A stretch of 64,000 bases of DNA from Clostridia bacterium. GTDB lineage: Bacteria; Bacillota; Clostridia; Christensenellales; UBA1242. The notes under the pieces are model-generated. The model was not told where the DNA came from, did not search any database, and saw only the letters and a program-made list of their open reading frames with translations. Position numbers and translations under genes: made by a program. Below, one piece after another: positions 57,446 through 64,000 of this stretch (its first letter is position 1; every line of letters begins with the position of its first letter). The stretch lies in contig JAVVRP010000002.1 in the NCBI GenBank assembly GCA_036654655.1, positions 51,841-115,840 on the forward strand, written 5' to 3'.

Positions 57446-58747
57446 ATGAAAAAGATTATTTCAATTGAAAATCATTCTCTCGCAAAGGAATTAAAAATTC
57501 AGGCGGGAGATTTTTTAGTAAGCATTAATGGAAAAGAACCGCAGGATCAACTTGACCTTATGTTTTTAATGCAAAAAAATAAGTTAACAATAAAGGTTTT
57601 GCAAAAAAACGAACTAAAAATTTTTAAGATAAAAAAAGATGATGATGAAATATTGGGTGTAAATTTAGAAAATTTTCATGATATGCAACCCAAATGTTGC
57701 AAAAATAATTGCATATTTTGTTTTGTTAACCAACTCCCAAAAAATATGCGTGAAAGTTTGTATGTTAAAGATGATGATTACAGATTTTCTTTTTTGTCAG
57801 GCACATATGTTACTTTAACAAACATTTCAAAATCCGACCTTAAAAGAATAAAATTGCAAAAACTTAGCCCGTTATTTATTTCTGTTCATGCAACAGATTC
57901 CAAAATTCGCAATAAAATGTTGGGCTTAAAAACAAAATTTAACATTATGAAGCACCTAAAATTTTTGGCCCGAGCAAAAATACAAATGCATTGTCAAGTT
58001 GTGCTATGCAAAGATATTAATGACGGCAAAATGCTAGAAAAAACAATTAAACACTTGTCCAAACTTTTCCCTTTTGTAAAAAGTTTGGCTGTTGTGCCTG
58101 TTGGATTAACCAATTGCAGAAATCAAAACCCAATTTTAAAACCAGTGGATAAAGCCTGTGCAGAAAACTCAATTAAAATTATAAAAAATTATCAACAATA
58201 CATGCTAAAAAAGCATGGGGAGCGTTTTGTTTATGGCGCAGACGAACTTTTTCAACGAGCCAAAATTGCAATTCCATCTTATCAAGATTATGAAGATTTT
58301 TCTCAATTAGAAAATGGAATTGGGCTTATTGCATTGCAAAGGCATGAATTTACTTTTTCACTTTATCAAACAAAACAGGCAAAAAATGCAACTTTTGGAA
58401 TTGTAACAGGAAAATCCGCAGAAAAAGAAATGAAACATTTGTGCAATCTTTTTGAGCATAAATTTCCAAATGTAAAAATCAAGGTTTTTGGAATAGAAAA
58501 TAATTTTTTTGGTAAAAGTGTAACAGTTGCAGGGCTTGTGACAGCCATGGATATCATAAAACAATTGCCAAAGGATTTTAATTGTGATAACCTTGTTTTG
58601 CCCACTTGTATGCTTCGTGATCGTAAGGATTGTTTTTTGGATGATGTTAAACTTGTGGATTTGGAGAAACAACTTAAAGTTAAAATTAAAAAGTGTGAAA
58701 GTGGGGAACACTTGGTTAAAATTTTGGCATCGGGTAATTCAAAATAA
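57446..58747 (+). CDS. DUF512-type protein (N-terminal PDZ-like domain plus radical-SAM-like Cys cluster)
   Basis: It has LKIQAGDFLVSINGKEP (PDZ-like) and CCKNNCIFCFVNQLP. It sits immediately upstream of der, as in many Clostridia. Confidence 0.7.
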   Translation: MKKIISIENHSLAKELKIQAGDFLVSINGKEPQDQLDLMFLMQKNKLTIKVLQKNELKIFKIKKDDDEILGVNLENFHDMQPKCCKNNCIFCFVNQLPKNMRESLYVKDDDYRFSFLSGTYVTLTNISKSDLKRIKLQKLSPLFISVHATDSKIRNKMLGLKTKFNIMKHLKFLARAKIQMHCQVVLCKDINDGKMLEKTIKHLSKLFPFVKSLAVVPVGLTNCRNQNPILKPVDKACAENSIKIIKNYQQYMLKKHGERFVYGADELFQRAKIAIPSYQDYEDFSQLENGIGLIALQRHEFTFSLYQTKQAKNATFGIVTGKSAEKEMKHLCNLFEHKFPNVKIKVFGIENNFFGKSVTVAGLVTAMDIIKQLPKDFNCDNLVLPTCMLRDRKDCFLDDVKLVDLEKQLKVKIKKCESGEHLVKILASGNSK

Positions 58748-58768
58748 TAAACAAAAATAAGGGGATTT

Positions 58769-60088
58769 ATGAAAAAACCATTGGTAGCGGTTGTTGGCAG
58801 GCCAAATGTTGGCAAAAGTACATTTTTTAACAAACTTTGTGGCAAAAAAATTAGCATTGTTGATGACGTAGCGGGCATAACTCGTGATAGAATTTATGCT
58901 GATGTGGAATGGACTGGCCATGTTTTCACACTTGTAGATACAGGCGGACTAGATTCAAAAAATAATGATGTTTTTCAGGCAAATATTCAAGAGCAGGCAA
59001 AAATTGCAATAAAACTTGCTGATGTTATTGTATTTTTAACTGACGGCACCACAGGAGTAACACCGCAAGATTTTGAAATCTCTGTTGAACTTAGGCAAAC
59101 AAAAAAGCCAATTGTGCTTGTTGTTAACAAATTGGATACATTTAAAGTTGAAAATACATATGAGTTTTATCAACTTGGCATGGGTGATCCGTTTCCAATA
59201 TCTTGTGAACAAAGCAAAGGGCTTGGCGAAGTTTTGGATGCAATTGTAAATCATTTTCCAGAAAAAAATATTATTGAAGAAACAACAGAGTCAATAAAAA
59301 TTGCAATTGTTGGTAGGCCAAACGCAGGCAAAAGTTCAATAACAAACGCTCTTTTAGGTGAAAACAGAGTTGCGGTAAGTGAAATTGCAGGCACAACACG
59401 TGATGCAGTTGACACTCCTTTTAAATTTAATGGAAAGAATTATATTTTAATTGATACCGCAGGGTTAAGACGCAAGCGCAATGTTGTTTTTGACACTGTG
59501 GAAAGTTTTTCTGTGCTAAGGGCAATGAGTGCAATTAGGCGTGCGGACATTGTTCTTATTGTTATGGATGCAAGTGATGAAGTAACTGAGCAAGACATAC
59601 GCATTTGTGGCTATGTTCATGAAGAAGGAAAGCCAAGCGTTGTTGTTTTTAACAAATGGGATGCTGTTGAAAAGGATAATTTAAGCACAAACAAATTTAC
59701 ACAACAACTTGCAGATAAATTGCAATTTATGCCATATTTTAAAACTGTTTTTGTTTCTGCATTAACTGGTAGAAGAATGGGCGACATAATGCCATCTGCA
59801 ATTTTGGCATATGAAAATGCAAGACGCCGAATTTCAACAGGTTCGCTTAACAATTTGCTGTCGGACGCTATATTAGCCTTTCCACCATCAACAAAATCTG
59901 GTAAACAACTAAAAATAAAATATATTACACAGGCGGAAACAAACCCACCAACATTTATTTTGTTTTGCAACGATGCAAAGTTGGCACATTTTTCTTATGT
60001 AAGATATCTTGAAAACACGTTTAGAAAAGCCGTTGATTTTTCTGGAACGCCAATTAAATTTAATTTAAAATCAAAAGAAACAGAATGA
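58769..60088 (+). CDS. der: Ribosome-biogenesis GTPase Der (EngA)
   Basis: It has two tandem GTPase domains (GRPNVGKSTFFN...DTGG...NKLD and GRPNAGKSSITN...DTAG...NKWD) and a KH-like C-terminus. Confidence 0.95.
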   Translation: MKKPLVAVVGRPNVGKSTFFNKLCGKKISIVDDVAGITRDRIYADVEWTGHVFTLVDTGGLDSKNNDVFQANIQEQAKIAIKLADVIVFLTDGTTGVTPQDFEISVELRQTKKPIVLVVNKLDTFKVENTYEFYQLGMGDPFPISCEQSKGLGEVLDAIVNHFPEKNIIEETTESIKIAIVGRPNAGKSSITNALLGENRVAVSEIAGTTRDAVDTPFKFNGKNYILIDTAGLRRKRNVVFDTVESFSVLRAMSAIRRADIVLIVMDASDEVTEQDIRICGYVHEEGKPSVVVFNKWDAVEKDNLSTNKFTQQLADKLQFMPYFKTVFVSALTGRRMGDIMPSAILAYENARRRISTGSLNNLLSDAILAFPPSTKSGKQLKIKYITQAETNPPTFILFCNDAKLAHFSYVRYLENTFRKAVDFSGTPIKFNLKSKETE

Positions 60089-60168
60089 TAAAATTTGTTT
60101 AAAAATTTGCTTTTTATATATTTAAATATATGTTAAAATAGATAACATAAAATCATTAAGGAGAAAAA

Positions 60169-60867
60169 ATGGAGTGGTGGAAATTTGTTATTGTTATTTT
60201 GATTTCTTATTTAATTGGAAACATAAGCAATGCAAGATTCATTTCTCGCACTTTAAAAAAAGACATAACAAAACAAGGTAGTGGAAACCCCGGAACAATG
60301 AACATGCTTCGCACATTTGGTTTTGGTGTTGGGCTGTTTACTTTGGTTTTGGATGCAATAAAGGGTGCAATTCCAGCGTTAATTGGATATTTGCTTTTTG
60401 GCGCCGATGGTTCTTTAAACTCATATATTGGGCTTTATGTTGCAGGGCTTGCAGTTGTTGTTGGACATAATTTTCCAGTATTTTACAAATTTAAAGGTGG
60501 AAAAGGTGTTGCATGCATTTTAGGTGTTTATGCAGTAGCACAACCGCTTTGGGTGGCAATAGCATTTGTAATTTGCTTTATATACTTGTTAATTTTTGAT
60601 TATGGTGCAATCGCTTCGTTTATTTTTATTACAACATTAACCGTAATTGAGGCATACAGATTTAGCAATTCTTTAACGATATGTCTTTTGCTTTTTAGCA
60701 TGTTTTTTTTAACTTGGTTTATGCACAGACAAAATATTTTTAGGTTGCTTATTGGAAAAGAAAACAAAGCAAATGTAATAAGTGCCTTAAAAAAGTTAGG
60801 CAAAAAAGAAAAAAGAATAGCAAGAAAAGAACAAAAACAAGAAAATAAAGAACGTGAGATTGGCTAA
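60169..60867 (+). CDS. plsY: Glycerol-3-phosphate acyltransferase PlsY
   Basis: It has GSGNPGTMN and KGGKGVA in a multi-TM body, plus a ~35-aa Lys/Glu-rich C-terminal tail (KKLGKKEKRIARKEQKQENKEREIG). Confidence 0.9.
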   Translation: MEWWKFVIVILISYLIGNISNARFISRTLKKDITKQGSGNPGTMNMLRTFGFGVGLFTLVLDAIKGAIPALIGYLLFGADGSLNSYIGLYVAGLAVVVGHNFPVFYKFKGGKGVACILGVYAVAQPLWVAIAFVICFIYLLIFDYGAIASFIFITTLTVIEAYRFSNSLTICLLLFSMFFLTWFMHRQNIFRLLIGKENKANVISALKKLGKKEKRIARKEQKQENKEREIG

Positions 60868-60879
60868 TTTTATAACATT

Positions 60880-62151
60880 TTAAATGCCAATTATTCCATC
60901 ATTTTCATTTATAGAGGCCAATTTAATGCTTTTGTTCCCGTATTTTTTTCTGATTGTATCAATTGCTTCATTAAGTTTTTGCTTTTTTTCTTGACCAGTT
61001 GCATAATCGCACAAATTTTTACTTTCAAAAAGACTCATTTGCCGTGCTTTGTCGGCGCGTTGAAGTTTTGAACAGCAAATGCGTATGGCGCGTACTTTTT
61101 TGTCAAATTTCCAGTATTCATTAAAAATTTCAATTGCCATGTTTTTAATGTCAATGGCGGTGTCAACAAAAAAAGAAGTGCGTTTTTCATGCGAAAACCA
61201 TTCAAACTCATTTGTTTTTATACTTGCAGAAACACATCCAGCCACCAAGTTTTGTTGCCTTAATCTTGTTGAAATTTCATCGCTTAAAAACAGTGCAACA
61301 CTTTCAAATTCGGCTTTTGTTTTAATATCAACAACAGTGGTCATGCCATTTCCAACACTTTTAGGGATTGGAATTTCAAAGCAAACGGAAGAAAAATCAT
61401 TTCCGCAAATGCTTTGTTTAAATCTTGTTCCAACAACTCCAAACTTTTTTTTAATTATGTCATCAGGAATGTTTACAATATCTCCAAGTTTATAAACGTT
61501 TATGCTGTGCATTCGTTTTTCCATTTGTTTGCCAATGCCAATGGCAGAATTTATGGGCAAATTCCAAACAATGTTTTTAAAGTTATCGCGAGAAATTAGG
61601 CTTGTTGCATCAGGCTTTTTAAGGTCACTTGCAAGTTTTGCAAAAAGTTTGCAAAAACTAACACCAACTGAAACCGTTATATTTAATTCGTTTTTAACAA
61701 TAGTCCTAATTTTTTCAGCAATTTCTTCTCCTGAACCAAAAATTTTACTGTTTGTAACATCCAGCCAACACTCGTCAATGCCAAACGGCTCAACAAGGTT
61801 TGTAAATCTGCCATAAATTTCTTTTAATTTTTTAGAATATTCTTCATAAAATTCATAGTGTGGTGGTACGCATACAAGGTTGCAACATTTTTGTTTCGCT
61901 TCCCAAATTGTTTCACCAGTTTGAACACCACATTGTTTTGCAAGAGTATTTTTTGCCAAAATTATTCCAGTTCTAATTTTTGGATTTCCAGAAACAGCAA
62001 AAGGAGTAGTTTTTATTTCAGGACAAATAACACCTTCAACAGAAGCAAAAAAGTTGTTAGCATCGGAATGTAAAATAATTCGGTCATGACAATATTTTTC
62101 TTCGTTTTGTGCAAAAGAATTTGTTATTTGCATTTGGACTTTTTTCTCCAT
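60880..62151 (-). CDS. dinB: Y-family DNA polymerase IV
   Basis: Y-family motifs are ILHSDANNFFASVE and FGIDECWLDVT, with a little-finger-type C-terminus. An alternative start at ATG 62133 is possible. Confidence 0.88.
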   Translation of the reverse strand: MEKKVQMQITNSFAQNEEKYCHDRIILHSDANNFFASVEGVICPEIKTTPFAVSGNPKIRTGIILAKNTLAKQCGVQTGETIWEAKQKCCNLVCVPPHYEFYEEYSKKLKEIYGRFTNLVEPFGIDECWLDVTNSKIFGSGEEIAEKIRTIVKNELNITVSVGVSFCKLFAKLASDLKKPDATSLISRDNFKNIVWNLPINSAIGIGKQMEKRMHSINVYKLGDIVNIPDDIIKKKFGVVGTRFKQSICGNDFSSVCFEIPIPKSVGNGMTTVVDIKTKAEFESVALFLSDEISTRLRQQNLVAGCVSASIKTNEFEWFSHEKRTSFFVDTAIDIKNMAIEIFNEYWKFDKKVRAIRICCSKLQRADKARQMSLFESKNLCDYATGQEKKQKLNEAIDTIRKKYGNKSIKLASINENDGIIGI

Positions 62152-62241
62152 TAGTTGTATAATATTTTTAAAAAGTAATATTTCTACAACAAGAACATTT
62201 GTTTTAGTTTAACATAAAAAACAAAAAAAGGAAAGAAAAAA

Positions 62242-63501
62242 ATGAAAATACTTTTCAAAAATGCTAAAATTTTGGATTTGTCACAAGAAACAGGTTTTAT
62301 TTATGGGGATGTACTTGTAGAAAATGAAGTTATAAAACAAGTGGGAAACAAAATAAATACTTTGGTGGATCAAGTAATAGACGTTGAAGAAAATATATTA
62401 ATGCCTGGCTTTATAAACGCACACGCACACACTCCAATGACATTTTTAAGAGGATATGGCTCAGATTTATCAACCGAAGAGTGGTTAGAAAAAATTATAC
62501 CACAGGAAGAAAAGTTTTCTGATGAAGATTTATATTATTCAACAATGCTGGGCATATGTGAAAGTATAAAGGCAGGAATAACAACAACAATGGAATGTTA
62601 TTTTAATTTACCTGAAATTATAAAAGCGTATGATACAAGTGGAATGCGTGGAGTTATTGGAGTTGGTTTTGGCAAGCCTTTTAAAAAAGTAACAGAACAA
62701 AATTTAAAAAAGCAATTAGAAAATGTTAAAAAAAGTAAATTATGCACTGCCTTTGCGTATGCACATTCAATTTACGGAACAAAAGAAAGCGAATTAGAAC
62801 AAATATGCTTGTTTGCAAAAGTAAATAATTTGCCAGTTGCCATACATTTGGCAGAAACACTTTTAGAAGTAGGAAAATGTACAACAAAAAACCAATGTAC
62901 GCCAGCAGAATATTTGGAAAAATTAGGATATTTTGATAGAAATTGCACGTGCTTCCACTGCGTTCATATGGATAAAGACGATCTTCAAATATTAGCGGAC
63001 CATAACGTAAATGTTGTTAGTTGCCCATCTTCAAACATAAAACTTGCAAGTGGAATAGCACCACTTCATGCCATGCAAAACTTAGGACTAAACATTGGCC
63101 TTGGAACAGATAGTGTTGCAAGCAATAATTCCTTAGATATGTTTAAAGAAATGTTTTTGTCATCATTATTAACAAAAGTTAATATTGGAAATGCAAAAGT
63201 TATAACCGCAAAAAATGCACTATTATTTTCCACAATAGGTGGCGCAAAATGTGCAAATCTTTGTAATGTAGGGCAAATTAAACAAGGATATTTGGCGGAT
63301 ATAATTTTAATTAACACAAAATCTTTGCATTTTCAGCCAAAAACTAATGCACTTTCACATCTTGTTTATAGTGCAAAATCAAGTGATGTTTATTTTACAA
63401 TGATAAATGGCAAAATATTATATCAAAATTCAAAACTTGCAAATTTTGTCGATGAAAAATTACTTTTAAAAAAGGCAAATGAGTTTTTAAATAAAATTTA
63501 A
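62242..63501 (+). CDS. Amidohydrolase-superfamily deaminase (MtaD / 5-methylthioadenosine-SAH deaminase-like)
   Basis: It has the metal-binding MPGFINAHAHTPMTFLRG, AIHLAET, HCVHM and GLGTDS. The RBS is AGGAAAG. Confidence 0.82.
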   Translation: MKILFKNAKILDLSQETGFIYGDVLVENEVIKQVGNKINTLVDQVIDVEENILMPGFINAHAHTPMTFLRGYGSDLSTEEWLEKIIPQEEKFSDEDLYYSTMLGICESIKAGITTTMECYFNLPEIIKAYDTSGMRGVIGVGFGKPFKKVTEQNLKKQLENVKKSKLCTAFAYAHSIYGTKESELEQICLFAKVNNLPVAIHLAETLLEVGKCTTKNQCTPAEYLEKLGYFDRNCTCFHCVHMDKDDLQILADHNVNVVSCPSSNIKLASGIAPLHAMQNLGLNIGLGTDSVASNNSLDMFKEMFLSSLLTKVNIGNAKVITAKNALLFSTIGGAKCANLCNVGQIKQGYLADIILINTKSLHFQPKTNALSHLVYSAKSSDVYFTMINGKILYQNSKLANFVDEKLLLKKANEFLNKI

Positions 63502-63532
63502 AATAAATTTTTTAATTAAACAAAATTGGGTA

Positions 63533-63561
63533 TTGACATATCCACTTTTATGCATTACACT
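63533..63561 (+). promoter_or_regulatory. Promoter (TTGACA-17-TACACT) for the right-edge ORF
   Basis: ttgaca lies at 63533-63538, followed by a 17-nt spacer, then tacact at 63556-63561. Confidence 0.55.
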
Positions 63562-63584
63562 AATAAAAAAAAGGAAGGGATATT

Positions 63585-64000
63585 ATGAATTTTCAAAATG
63601 AACCAATTGAAAGAATTATCCAAAATTCAATCGATTATGCAAGCGCCAAGAGCATGCAAAGTTTTAACAAGTTGTTAAAAAGTCAAAACGTCATTGATTT
63701 AATTTACGAAAAAGAACTTCTTAGTTTAGAAAAACAAATTGATGAAATTATGGAATTGCCTGCACCAAGAAAACCAAGAGAAATAAATTTGTGTGATTGT
63801 ATAAATTTTATAAATCAATATTTATACAAAAAGAAACTAGATCATAATAAATATGAGTTTGAAGGAACTTTTGATAAAGATAACAAAATTCAAAAAGTGT
63901 CTTTGTACATTAGCCACACAATGCCAAAATGTCCAATGATGTATTTTGAATTTGGCAAAAATTTTGCAACTGTTGACGAATTTTTAGAAAAACAAACAGA
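63585..64000 (+). CDS. Hypothetical protein, 3'-truncated by the window edge (absent from the ORF track)
   Basis: ATG 63585 is preceded by AAGGAAGGGA. My own translation, MNFQNEPIERIIQNSIDYASAKSMQSFNKLLKSQNVIDL...PKCPMMYFEFGKNFATVDEFLEKQT, has no stop before the window ends. I recognise no family. Confidence 0.5.
   Translation, partial: MNFQNEPIERIIQNSIDYASAKSMQSFNKLLKSQNVIDLIYEKELLSLEKQIDEIMELPAPRKPREINLCDCINFINQYLYKKKLDHNKYEFEGTFDKDNKIQKVSLYISHTMPKCPMMYFEFGKNFATVDEFLEKQT

Noticed and set aside
58366-58878. A 170-aa minus-strand ORF spanning the DUF512/der junction, and a 117-aa ORF at 58358-58711
   Set aside because: They are antisense to two well-supported genes, lack RBS and motifs, and show the composition typical of shadow frames.
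1-64000. An alternative genetic code (TGA as Trp, as in Mollicutes), considered because of the low GC
   Set aside because: Trp is encoded by TGG throughout conserved proteins (RpoB, IleRS, Ung). TGA cleanly terminates ORFs, for example giant ORF1 at 9804-9806 and ileS, with stops following in the same frame.
1-64000. A mobile element, prophage or defence island
   Set aside because: I recognised no integrase, transposase, recombinase, phage structural gene, toxin-antitoxin pair, restriction-modification gene or cas gene. The tRNA pair has no flanking direct repeats suggesting an integration site.

Overview
This is a visibly AT-rich chromosomal segment of Bacillota (Firmicutes) type. It uses the standard code: TGG encodes Trp and TGA terminates ORFs. 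I support about 40 CDS, 2 tRNAs, several sigma-A-type promoters, 3 rho-independent terminators and several tandem or low-complexity repeats.

Gene order:
- nt 3-19569: two head-to-tail giant ORFs, one more than 3,266 aa (5'-truncated by the window) and one 3,218 aa. Both are built from reiterated GLUG-type (GGIVG) modules.
- rpoB-rpoC, driven by two consensus promoters.
- A small 2x[4Fe-4S] ferredoxin that the ORF track misses, a degenerate Ppx/GppA-like protein, and an HtrA-like lipoprotein protease.
- mreB, then minD, then about 440 bp of (AAAT)-type low-complexity DNA, then a short MinE-like ORF.
- tRNA-Gly(CCC) and tRNA-Lys(CTT) on the minus strand.
- A ppa / NifU-like / GGGtGRT operon.
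- A HIT / HEPN-like-CBS / ileS / rRNA methyltransferase / RluA string.
- pepF, a 391-aa orphan, ung, rpsT, gmk, murI, and ddl-murF. The murF product has a polytopic membrane N-terminus.
- An alpha/beta hydrolase and a 1,499-aa CvpA-like membrane fusion protein with perfect 195-bp tandem repeats.
- rsmH followed directly by a SigG-like sigma factor, then DUF512-der-plsY, dinB, an MtaD-like amidohydrolase, and a partial hypothetical ORF at the right edge.

I found no transposase, integrase, CRISPR array, cas gene or recognisable defence island. The most unusual content is:
- the giant GLUG-module gene pair sitting where rplJ-rplL usually precedes rpoB;
- the membrane-fused MurF;
- the CvpA fusion with variable-number repeats;
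- the overlapping HIT / HEPN-like-CBS pair;
- the split minD-minE locus.

All domain calls come from reading motifs by eye. No database search was run.
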